Of a stretch of 64,000 nt of DNA, positions 1 through 12,324 are shown one piece after another. Every line of letters begins with the position of its first letter. Within the stretch, counting starts at the first letter, position 1. Origin of the DNA: Octopus sinensis (lineage: Eukaryota). The position numbers were made by a program, and so were the translations under genes. The stretch spans positions 78,430,001 through 78,494,000 of the forward strand of contig NC_043008.1 of assembly GCF_006345805.1 (NCBI RefSeq). The letters are read 5' to 3'. The notes beneath the pieces were generated by a model. The model worked only from the letters and a program-made list of their open reading frames with translations, was not told the DNA's origin and searched no databases.

Positions 1-472
1 TCAGAACGTAAGACAGACGAAACACCACTAAGTATTTCGTTCGGAGTGCTAATGTTTCTTATTTCTTTATTGCCCACAGGGGACTAAACATAAAAGGGAC
101 AAACAAGAACAGACAAACGGATTAAGTCGATTATATCGACCCCAGCGCGTGACTGATACTTATTTAATCGACCCCGAAAGGATGAAAGGCAAAGTCGATC
201 TCGGCGGAATTTGAACTCATAATGTAGCGGCAGATGAAATACCTATTTCTTTACTACCCACAAGGGATTAAACACAGAGAGGACAAAAAAAAAAAAGGAC
301 AGACAAACGGATTAAATCGACTCCACTGCGTAACTGGTACTTAATTTATTGATCTCTGAAGGACGAAAGGCAAAGTGGACCTCGGCGGAATTTGAACTCA
401 GAATGTAGCGGCAGACGAAATACTGCACAGCATTTCGCCCGGCGTGCTAACGTTTCTGCCAGCTCGCCGCCT
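1..472 (-). mobile_element. Cluster of 2-3 tandem/nested copies of tRNA-derived SINE family A
   Basis: Minus strand reads GGCGGCGAGCTGGCAGAAACGTTAGC...GAGTTCAAATTCC (Pol III A/B boxes), then TTTGCCTTTCATCCTTTCGGGGTCGAT (resembles the Meta/Sauria-type central domain). The body occurs at ~60-245 and ~246-472, and again at 58026-58255. Confidence 0.85.
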
Positions 473-1243
473 TTGTTCAGTGTCTAATATTAGTCAAACT
501 CTTCTCTCCAAATGTTCTCTTTCATTTCTGTGTTGCATTTTAGCTGTTTCGTCTATTCCTAGATATTTTGTATGGGTGATTGTGGTTTAATTCTCTGATT
601 TCTGTGTCTATGTCTCTTTTTTTATATTGGTTTGCTCAATCATATTTTGCGGTTTAGCTTCAAATAATGAATATTATTAAAAGTAAACTTCTGTATTAAA
701 ATCCCGAACATTTTGACATTTTACGCTTTCGGCTCAAACGAATTCACGCTTAGCACTGACTGTAAAACAAACAAAAGCACACAATATAAATAAAATAAAA
801 TTCTCTATTGACCTTAAATATTGTATAGTAGAGATATTCAGAGTGATATTTATCAGTGTGACACTACATTGATAATTCTTCAGTAAGTGCCATCGGTCGA
901 AGTTGATGTGCTACTTCCTAATCAATATGTCATTCACCATATACAGTGTGTTGAGAAGAGAAAATTAATACTTGTGCACACATTAGCTGACAATTTCTTT
1001 TGATGAAATTCATTCTACGTTAATCGATCTTTATCCATCGGTTATATGCCAATATTACTGATAAACAACTACGATTAATTCTAGTGCAGTGATTATTAAT
1101 GAAAAGTTACTATAGTAACGGTAAAGTTCAAGGAGCTAAATATCTATACAGCTCCGATAATAGAGACGTGATTTAGGCAGGTATATAGATACAGAAACAC
1201 ACACTCCTCACTCACATATAATATATAGATATATACTAAGAAA

Positions 1244-1278
<35 letters not shown>

Positions 1279-1295
1279 TATTTAGTGGAAGTAGC

Positions 1296-1341
1296 AGTCA
1301 CTCAATGTTCGAGAGTTTCCTGCGTTGGCACTTATCAAACT
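1296..1341 (-). ncRNA. Decayed type I hammerhead ribozyme motif
   Basis: Minus strand: agt TTGATAA gtgc-caac-gcag GAAA ctc..gag TG act. Stems II and III are recognisable, but the core (CTGATGA to TTGATAA) and the cleavage site are mutated. Confidence 0.35.
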
Positions 1342-1734
1342 TGTCACAGGGCAAAGTTCAGTAGATTTATATAGTTGTTGATAAATTTCCCTCTGGATTA
1401 TTCTAGAACGAATCATAAAAATGTCACTTGGATAATTCACATAGTTTGTTCGTTATGTTGTTCAATAGGCAAATACGTAGATAAATATATAAGTAAAGAA
1501 ATAAAGAGAGGAAAAGGCAGAAATCTTTTACGCGTCATCACACGCGCACGCACAGATAGCAAAACCCCCACAAATTCGCACATACATGTATATGAATTAG
1601 ACGTGTAAGTGGCATTATATTAACAAAGTACACTGCAGATATTCTTACTAATCTTTAGTAAACGAACCATCACGTAAACAAATTCAAAACATTAGAGTTC
1701 GCCGGTTAAATATACTAAAACACGGAGTAAAAGC

Positions 1735-1959
1735 AACCGTTCTGATAATTTTGGCCGCCATAGGTTTTGCAGTAAATCACTAAATCATCCATAACTTTTG
1801 TATTATCCTCTCAAATTACATCGAAATCTCAGACAATAACAATTAATATCGTATTTATTGTCTGTGAAAATTATAGAATATAAAACAACTTTGATAAAAA
1901 CTTATATCTACTTTTCTGGCGAAAACAATGCCGTTCTGAACATTTTGGCCGCAACTGTA
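1735..1959. mobile_element. One end of a Tc1-like DNA transposon with IR/DR architecture
   Basis: Ends ...CATTTTGGCCGCAACTG|TA (Tc1-like CAGT..GGCCAAAA terminal repeat plus TA). An inner direct repeat CCGTTCTGATAATTTTGGCCGC lies ~195 bp upstream. No partner end is visible. Confidence 0.55.
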
Positions 1960-1984
1960 CATATGCATATAATTATATGCGATG

Positions 1985-2020
<36 letters not shown>

Positions 2021-2039
2021 ATATATAGTAATATATTAT

Positions 2040-2116
<77 letters not shown>

Positions 2117-2136
2117 ATATATATATATATAATATG

Positions 2137-2307
2137 GGCGTAGGAGTGGCTGTGTGGTAAGTAGCTTGCTTATCAACCACATAGTTCCGGGTTCAGTCCC
2201 ACTGCGTAGCACCTTGGGCAAATGTCTCCTACTATAGCCTCGGTTCGTCCAAAGCCTTGTGAGTGTATTTGGTAGACGGAAACTGAAAGAAGCCCATCGT
2301 ATATATG

Positions 2308-2348
<41 letters not shown>

Positions 2349-2427
2349 TTGTCCCTCCAATATCACTTCACAACCGAATAAGTACTAGGCTTACACAGAA
2401 TAAGTCCTGAGCAAGAGAGTAAAAGAA
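2137..2427 (+). mobile_element. tRNA-derived SINE family B (CORE-like), internally deleted
   Basis: Starts GGCGTAGGAGTGGCTGTGTGGTAAG...GGTTCAGTCCC...ACCTTGGGCAA, has an internal (TA)n(TG)n and an AAAAGAGT tail. Matches copies at 11610, 31231, 58257 and 63171. Confidence 0.9.
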
Positions 2428-2496
2428 TATATATATTAGTAAAAGAGTATATATATAATATATAATATATATTATATAATATATATATATAATATA

Positions 2497-3165
2497 CAGG
2501 GTGGGTGAAAAGTAAGTAGGCATTAAAAATTGGTAATAAAATCTATATTCCTTTTACAACTTTATTGAAACAAATGATACATGTTCTGTATTACATGCAA
2601 AAAATGAAAGTAATTCTTCATATTTCAATGTAAGCACCGGTGGCATCAACCAGTTTCTTTAAATGGCCAGGGATGGAACGAACAACCTTCTGAAGGACGC
2701 GTCATCTGGGATATCATTGAGAACCTCCTGGATCCGTGTCTCCAAGTCCTCCAGTGTACGAAGTTTTGTCTTGTACACCTCCTCTTCTGTGTAACCCCAC
2801 AAGTAAAAATCACATGGAGTGAGATCTGGACTTCTTGGAATTCTGGACTTCTGGACTTCTGCAGTCACAGTCTTCAAGTTTTAGCTCCCGCACGTAATGA
2901 GGTTTTCCCGGACGAAAATCCAATTCTTTATACAATACCGTACGTAGTGTGTCTTGTTACTCCACTTTCCCGAGCTGCTTGACGTGTTGATTTTTGTGGG
3001 CTGTATTAAACATTTACTCCTCTATTGCCACGTTCTCCGCTGATCGGGATGTAGTTGGACGGCCACTTCTTGCATCGTTCACAGAGGGTCCATGTTCATC
3101 AGCTTTGCATAACAACTTTTTATTTCTACCGGACGTAGTGTTGCATGCTTACCTTTCCATGCTCA
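2497..3165 (-). mobile_element. Tc1/mariner-superfamily (rosa/maT/Tc3-like) transposon remnant
   Basis: Terminus TA|CAGGGTGGGTGAAAAG. Minus-strand peptides PRSPDLTPCDFYLWG...VYKTK..TLEDL..RI and RSGRPTTSRS; the central catalytic region is deleted. Confidence 0.8.
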
Positions 3166-3183
3166 CACCACTATCTATATACG

Positions 3184-3242
<59 letters not shown>

Positions 3243-3243
3243 G

Positions 3244-4409
3244 CTAGCATTATGACCCGTCGTTGCCGGGTCATAGTGCTAGAGCATGTATATATGTGTA
3301 TATATATGTGTACATATTACATGTACATCTATATATATACATCTACACATAAATTACAAAATGCAAAGTTATATCTTGATATCGCTAATGATAACAATAC
3401 TCAAAATATATAACAAGCTGGAATTGTAAGCCCGTCTCTTGCAATTTCGATCAATTACATCTTGTCCTCCCTCTTGTATAGAAGTATGGCTACAATCCAG
3501 CCTACCTCTACTGCTGGGAGGAAGCATTTTTAATTTTTATCCAGGACGTCCTACGTCCCAGATATAAAGGTAAAAATAAAATATTTCCACTTTGCAAGTT
3601 CGAGTCGAGTACTCCCTTGCACGCTCCGTTGACTCGAACCTTACTTCTATTGTGGTGAATTTACCGCCTCTGGTTAGATATCTTTCATAGTCGCATCAAG
3701 ACACTTTTCGATGGTGCTTTCCTCCAGGTGTTCAAATCTTCTTTTTTCTCTACATCGTATACTTTATAGACAATAGTCTTTTCTTTAATTTAATTTTTTA
3801 TTATCCATCTGGAATATTCCATTTCTGCACGCTAATTTTATTTTTAATTTATTCCCATTCATGTGAAACCACTTATTCAAGTTCAAGTCATTGATGCAAT
3901 TTTATACCAATTGCTATTTTTACTTTTGTTATGTTACGATTATATTATAATTTAGTTTGATTTTAATTATTACTTACAACATATAATTCAATTGTTATTA
4001 TTATTTTCATTGTTAAAGTGAAAGCATCTGACATAAAATAGAGAAATGTTTTTGTTTCACTTTTAACACGTAATACTGAAATAGTGGAGAAGATATGATA
4101 TTGTTATGGGCTCGCTCTAGGCAAGAAGTTGAACATTTTTCCCCCCATGAAACTACATGGACCCGAAGTAAGTAAGGCATGTGTAAAATTTGAATGAAAT
4201 AGGGAATCGTAGTGGAGAAGATATGATATTGCTGTGGGCTCGCCCTAGGCAAAAAGTTTAAAAGTTTTTAAAGTTTTTGACGATGACACTCCCCGGACCC
4301 TAAGTAAGGCATGTGTAAAATTTGAATGAAATTGGTTATGTAGTTCTCAAGTTTTAGGGAAACACACAGACAGACACACATTTTCAGTTTTATATAAATA
4401 TATAAAGGA
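3244..4409 (-). mobile_element. Non-autonomous Helitron family 1, copy 1
   Basis: 5' TC..TATATAAAACTG start near 4409; 3' GACCCGGCAACGACGGGTC hairpin plus CTAG at 3244. Near-identical inverted copy at 31929-33113. Confidence 0.85.
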
Positions 4410-5518
4410 TCTAATGGGATCTAATACGCTTGGCTTAGATTTCCCTTGAGGGCTACCCAGGTCGGAGCAATCTCAAGATTAATCAGACGAAATTGCGAAG
4501 ATGATCCGGTTCTTGACTGATGAATGAGGGCTTCGAATGTCCCGTCCTGTGGTTCTTGTGTCGTCTTCTAGGTGCTTAACGTTCTTGTCCCAGTTTGTAT
4601 ATATTTTTTACTTTTTACATATATAATGGCGGCTCCGTATCCACACTTTTGTCCTTATACGTAAGTATATTTTCTCTAACATTGTCCCAGTTTGTATATA
4701 TTTTTTACTTTTTACATATATATATATATATATATACAGTGCGCACGCGAACTCACGCGTGTACATACACATATACACACAAACATACATACGTCTGCAC
4801 ATACATATATACATAAGTATACAAGCTCCTACACATATATACACACATATGCACAGTAACTAGAGTAACGTAATGGTTAAGCGTAGAATAAAATAAATAA
4901 AAAATATATTTCTTTTTCTTTTTACATGTATATACGCACATGTACATATAGACATACGTATATACACATATATACACATATGCGGTCACACGTACACACT
5001 TATACGTATATGCGTATATATACGTATACATTCAAACACATGCATACGCGCGCGCCCGACAGAAACAATGATAATAGATCCATGTATCTGTAAAAAATAC
5101 GATTTGGCGTGTTATAAGTGTGGTGGGGCGGGGCTTGACGGAATAGAGTAATCATGCCTATACACAATCTTGTATGTATTTAAAAGTGCACACGTACACA
5201 CATACATAAGTTTATAAATAGTATTCATAAATAGTATTTATACATGTAGTCATAAATACACAAATATATACACACGCATTTGCGCATATACGCGTATTGC
5301 ACATACATAACCGTGCACAAAGGTGTTTACTACAATAATGAATTAACTTGAACGGTGATATAAGTGATAAGACTATATATATTTGTATATATACATGCAT
5401 ACGCACATGTGTGTATATATATATTTATATACATACACGCATATATATACATACACACACACATACATACATACATGTGTATATTATTTATATATATTAT
5501 ATATATACATGCACACAT

Positions 5519-6281
<763 letters not shown>

Positions 6282-6368
6282 TATATATATATATACATGC
6301 ATATATATAGTAGTTGTCTACTCCTTATGCAGAGTTTGATAAGATATATATATATACATATATATATG

Positions 6369-6412
<44 letters not shown>

Positions 6413-6848
6413 ATAGATATATATATATATATATAATATATATATATATAAATTTTGAGTTGCCATATATATACGTATATGTATAATACCTACATACACT
6501 TTAGCACCATCATGGCATCTGATGTGGCTTTTTAAACCAATGTTCTGAAAAGACACCCCGACAGATTGCTCATCAGATTTGAACCACCAAGAGCTGCAGA
6601 TAAGTTCTACTCTTTCTGAATCTTAAAATGTCTTTTGAGGCCTCCGTTGGATTTGCGAACTTTCTGGCATACACTGCATTCAAAGGTGTACACAGACATA
6701 TAGGCAGAATATACACATATACACATACATACACACATATATATCATATGCATATGCACTTATATATGCATATACACACCTATGAAAAGGTGTGAAATAA
6801 GGAGTGTAGAAATAATACAGAAGTTCGATATGTGGAGTGGGTGGAATA

Positions 6849-7812
6849 CGAGGGGCGTTCAATAAGTAATGCCCCTGACCCACTTCCCATAGCAGTAGAG
6901 CAACGAAACTTGTTATTAGTCTTTTTCTACATAGCAACCACCCAGAGTTACGCATTTCTCCCATTGTTTGATGCAGCTCTGGAGACCGTTTTTGTAGAAG
7001 ACCCCAGCTTGGTCCTCCAACCTGAACGTGACTTCAGAAATCAAGGCTGCATCATCTGGGAAACGCTTTCCTTTCAAAGACAACTTCATGACTGGGAAGA
7101 GATGAAAATCAGAGGGTGCAAAGGTCAGGAAAGTAGCGGGATGGGGGAGGAGTTCATAGCCATACGCCTGTGCTTCTGATCTGGCGACAAGCGAGTTGTG
7201 GACCGGAGCGTTGTCCTGCAGGAGGAGGATGTCTTTGCTGATCTTGCCCCGCCTCTTGATTTTGATAACTTCTCTTAATTTCCTCAAAAGTGAAGCATAA
7301 TAGGCTCCTGCAATTGTGGTACCCTTTGCCAGGAAATCTGTCATCACTACTGCGTCCTGGTCCCAGAAGACTGTGAGCATGACCTTGCCAGCGGACGGCT
7401 GCACCCTTGCCTTCTTTGGAGGGGGTGAGTCACGGTGCTTCCACTGCATTGACTGGGCTTTGGTCTCTGGATCATCGTGATGGACCCAGGTTTCATCCTG
7501 CGTAATCAGTCTTTTGAAAAATTTTGACTCATCTTCTTGGCACATCTCCAAATTCACCCTCGAGCACTCGACGCGTTCTTGCTTCTGGAAAGGCGTGAGC
7601 AACCTGGGAATCCATCTGGCAGACACCTTTTGCATATGCAAATGGTCATGAATGATAGTTTCCACAGACCCGGTACTAATCTTGACCTCATGGGCTATTT
7701 GGCGAATAATTATGTGTCGATCTTCCAAAGTGGCAGCCTCAACTTGACGGACAGATGCCTCATCAATGGCAGAAGGGACGACCAGATCTGGGAGCTGTTT
7801 CCACAGAGTTCC
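6849..7812 (-). mobile_element. Mariner family A, 3' two-thirds (transposase pseudogene, D,D34D type)
   Basis: Terminal repeat TA|CGAGGGGCGTTCAATAAGT. ORF 6916-7869 contains VSARWIPRLLT, ITQDETWVHH, LLQDNAPVH and a frameshift-damaged YSPDLAPSDF motif. Confidence 0.9.
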
Positions 7813-8571
7813 TTTTGTCAATTTTTTCGGGCGTTTGGTCTTGATAGTTTTTCGTAACTGCCTCAACAAGTATCGTAATCTCCTTTGATGATGTTGCCGT
7901 TTTGAAGATACTCAATAAACTCGACGCCTTCTCTAAGACGGGTGAGGAGGGGTGTTTCCACTGCATAGCTCATACTTTTGCCTCTGACTCAATGATGAAC
8001 CCAATTCACATCATAGTTTAGCAAACGTCCAAGGAAACCAGCAACATCCACTTCAAACAATGTCAGATTTTTCGTGATATGCTCAGCTTGGTGCGCTTTT
8101 GATCAGGTGTCAGAAAACGTGGCACCCACTGAGGAGAAACCTCAGTCATGCCAAATGCTTTGTGCAAAATATTCCCAACTCTCTCACGGGAAGTGCAAAT
8201 AGCATTACCCATTTGATATATAGTCACCTATAATCAATCATCCTGTGGTGAAAACGATCAATGTTTTCCTCGTTGTTGGACTTTATGTCATCTTCAAGAC
8301 TCCTTCATCCCCGCCTAAATTCAGCTGCCCACTTTTGCACTGTTGACAAAGCTGGAGCCTTAGACCCTAATGTAGCAACCATGTTAGCATGAATTTCCTG
8401 GTGCCTTAAATGTTTTCCTGCAGGTACTTGATAACATTACAACACCAAATTTTGAGATGTTCTTTGACAGCACAATGCAGTTAAGAACAGTTGAAATTAA
8501 TGCACGCAAGATATCACAGTCCTAGCATCACGCCTTCATAGTCAGTCTATGAACTTTTCAGCCCACTCTCA
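7812..8571 (-). mobile_element. Mariner family B, 5' portion, degenerate
   Basis: Different terminal repeat (TA|TGAGAGTGGGCTGAAAAGTTCAT on minus). Fragments STVQKWAAEF, MQWKHPSSP and LRQLRKTIKTKRP. Homologous to 56190-56675. Confidence 0.75.
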
Positions 8572-8619
8572 TAGATATGTATATATTTATTTATATGTGG
8601 GGATGGGATGCCTGCGCGC

Positions 8620-8770
8620 GTGTGTTTGTGTTAGTGTCTGTGTTTGACCACGACCACCGCTTGACAACCGCAGCTGGAGTGTTTACGTTCCCGTAACTCA
8701 GAAACTCCGTAAGAAGTACCAGGCTTTAAAAAATAAGTATTTGGGTCGATTCTTCGACTAAAATTCACGA
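8620..8770 (+). mobile_element. Degenerate SINE family B 3' half
   Basis: GCTTGACAACCG..GTGTTTACGTTCCCGTAACT..AAGTACCAGGCTT..GGGTCGATT matches the SINE B tail. Confidence 0.65.
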
Positions 8771-9847
8771 ATCATCAAAACCTGCAGATAATCTATCATG
8801 TAAACTTATCACTACGTTTCAGACTAATTAGTTTTAAATTTCGGAGAAGTGCCATTTACATAGCCACAGCTTCGAGGTTGAAATTCTTAATATTTTTTTT
8901 TAAAGTTAAAAGGGAGAATAGAATCACTCACCACACACCTGGAGGCAATTTTTTAGCGCGGAATGGAGGGGTTACCCGCGAACAGTGAAAAGAGGACTTG
9001 CGCATGCTTATAAACGTGCCCGTTACCCTCTATTCTTTCTGTTTTAATAACATAATTAATAGAAGAATGAATGATTATATTATCAGTTACCTGTTCAGCC
9101 TTCTTTTTCCTCAACTTTCAAAATATCACTAACCAAATCTAAGCTAATCCTATTTGAATGTTTTCAAGTTGTTCTTTTATGTCTTGAATAAACTGGTCTT
9201 ATGAAACTTCTATTAGAGGGCGTATAATAGGCATCATAATACATTGTGAGATCGTATTTCTAAGTTTAAAATAAATATTCTATAGATCTGTTGAATAATA
9301 TAAAATAGAATAGATAATGTAATATCGATATGTAAAGTTCAATGTTGTCAACAAAGCCTAGATTTCTTCCATCGAGATAAAAGAAAGTTGTGTTTAATCG
9401 CCCTTAATATATTTAAACCAGTACTAGTTCTTTTCCTCTTTTTTTTCTTTTTATCTTGAAACGAAGGTAAGAATGGCTAAGAGCAAGAACAGGAAAGGAG
9501 AATAAGAGTATGAGAAAGAGAGATGCAACTAATCATAGAAGTAAAACTGAAGAGTGAAAAGATAAAAAAGTAAAAAAAATTATACAAAGAAAAAAGGACG
9601 ATTGCAAAACAAAAGAAACAAAATGACTAATATAAAAGAGGAAACGCTCATCTAATAGCGCATGCGTCTGAAATTAAAATTTCCCGTCTTCATTCACTAT
9701 ACAGCGGCAAGAGCGCTGTATTTCTATGTAATATTTACGACTTCAGTTATAGCTTACATACATTGATTATATTCACTCTGCTCTTTACTTCTCAGCTCCC
9801 TTCTACTTTCCCTCTCAGTCACTATTTTTTTTTCTCCCTCTCTCTCT

Positions 9848-9893
<46 letters not shown>

Positions 9894-10468
9894 TATATAA
9901 GAAAATAGTAAAGAGTGTTCATTCTCTTTCGATATCTTTTTTCTTTTTGCTCAGATTACTTTTCATTGGACTTTGTCAATCACATTAACTACCGATAATT
10001 GTTCGCTTCTATATTATGTGGACATTGAAAAGAGGTTGCAATGCCATCCAGTATTTACAAGAGTTGATCAGAAATATAGATTAGCTGAGATTCAGTTGAA
10101 TAGTTAAAAACTGATGTTCTATATTTATCAATACAGCATCAATCTCAACGTATTTAATATTATATTTGTTTGAGTAGGTAGAAATAAGTGTGTGTATAAG
10201 TGTATAAGAGTGAAGACGCGTCGCCAAGTGATTAAGGTATTCAGCCCATGATAAGATCGTGGGCTCAGATTCTTGAGTAAGCTACTTCATTTTGCACTGC
10301 TCAAGTCTACTGAAAATTAATAAGTTCCTGCTCTGATGGTGCAGCCATCTTTCTCTGCATTTGTCACTTCTCGGATGCCTCCTTGGGTCAAAGATGCCAT
10401 TACATAGAAATCTAAAATAAGTAACAAAAGTATGGTATATATTAACAAGTCATAGAGCTATGTTGTGT

Positions 10469-10533
<65 letters not shown>

Positions 10534-10868
10534 TGTGTCTGTGTCTGTGTGCGAGCGTGCGTGGAGAGAGAGTTAGATTGAAGAGGCAGTAAAATAACTG
10601 AGAATGTTTTAGCTGATGTGCTTGGTTGTATTTTAGAATTCTGTTTTCTACTGAGTTACTTATTTCCGATCCATAACATTATCTATTGATTTGCCAACAT
10701 TCTAACTGATTCGTAATTCCGAGTCCTCAGAAACATCTGTCGGACCCAAAATACAATACCCTCTCCTCTTAGGTTTCTGTATTTTTGTACTCCATGTAAA
10801 TTTGTTCTGTAAATATATAATTATCTTTATATTTATACATGAATGTTCACCTTCTGAATATATTCAGT

Positions 10869-10899
<31 letters not shown>

Positions 10900-10933
10900 T
10901 TTTATTATTATTATTATTATTATCATTACTATT

Positions 10934-12165
10934 ACAGAAGGGTTTATCATAGTAGCCCAAGATCAATGCCTACCTTCAAGAAACTAACAGGCCAACATAT
11001 TAAAGAACGGCAGCTTCCCAACACGCCGTGTATGTCAACAACAAAATGAAACCATTGATCATATTGTCTCCATGTGCAGTCTTCTTGCGCTTACAGAGTA
11101 TCTCAATGGGCATGATAGAGCTGTACAATATATGCACTGGGTAATATGGTAATAAGCAAAAACCTGGATCTGCCCCATGATAAAACTGGTGGGAACACAA
11201 ACCACCTCCAGTGCTTGAAAATGATCCATCTCATTCCTCTGGAACTTCACCATTCAAACTGACAGAAAGACAGATGCAAATAGGCCAGACATAATATTGA
11301 AAGACTTCAGACAAAAAAACATGCCTCCCCATTCGTATGACTGTCCATATCGATGTAAATATATCTGTCAAGACCTACCAAAAACTGAGCAAATATAAAG
11401 AAATTAGCAAAATGTGGAACCTGAAGGCTAAAACAATAACTATTGTCATAGGTGTCCTAGGAAGGATAGCAAAAGGGGTTGATTGCTACCAAGCTCAGAT
11501 ACCAGGAAACACCAAAATGGCAGAAATTCAAAAGATAGTGCTCGTGGGAACTGCCCATATAATCTGAAATTTTAAAACAAACTTGTAAATTTCTGTTTTC
11601 TTAAGCATAGGCGCAGAAGTGGCTGTGTGGTAAGTAGCTTGCTTACCAACCACATGGTTCCGGGTTCAGTCCCACTGCATGGCACCTTGGGCAAGTGTCT
11701 TCTACTATAGCCTCTGGCTGACCAAAGCCTTGTGAGTGGATTTGGTAGACGGAAACTGAAAGAAGCCTGTCGTATATATACATATATATAACACATGTGT
11801 GTGTTTTGTGTCTGTGCTTGTCCCCTCCCCCCCAACATCGCTTGACAACCGATGCTGGTGTGTTAACGTCCCTGTAACTTAGCGGTTCGGCAAAAGACCC
11901 GATAGAATAAGTACTAGGCTTACAAAGAATAAGTCCTAGGGTCGATTTCCTCGACTAAAGGCGGTGCTCCAGCATGGCCGCAGTCAAATGACTGAAACAA
12001 GTAAAAGAGTAAAAAGAGTATTCTCTTGAACAATACTATGTACAAAACCAAATATATGACACCCTAGATATAACACCAACATGAAATTCTAACTTGTTGT
12101 CTCTTGAGGTCTCTGAGAGAGACTTGGAGCCAACTTGTAGAAATGCAAAGCAAAAGTCAAACATA
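10934..12165 (+). mobile_element. 5'-truncated R4/Dong-clade RLE non-LTR retrotransposon, interrupted by a SINE
   Basis: Peptides EGFIIVAQDQCLPSRN, ETIDHIVSMC..HD, NFTIQTDR..NRPDII and EIQKIVLVGTAHII. The 3' UTR runs into (TAA)n. Confidence 0.8.
11610..12020 (+). mobile_element. Full-length SINE family B inserted in the Dong-like 3' UTR
   Basis: Complete head, body and (GTAAAAGA)n tail. Confidence 0.92.
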
Positions 12166-12166
12166 A

Positions 12167-12206
<40 letters not shown>

Positions 12207-12225
12207 TAATAATAATATAATAATA

Positions 12226-12324
<99 letters not shown>
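12166..12324. repeat. Compound (TAA)n(TGA)n(TAA)n microsatellite between two Dong-like elements
   Basis: Directly visible. Confidence 0.95.

Noticed and set aside
2137-2215. SINE heads as real tRNA genes (also at 36209 and 58255)
   Set aside because: They have A/B boxes but no complete cloverleaf or acceptor stem, and they continue into repeat bodies.
6916-7869. 317-aa ORF as an intact transposase or SETMAR-like host gene
   Set aside because: The N-terminus is chimeric, the YSPDL motif is damaged and there is no SET domain.
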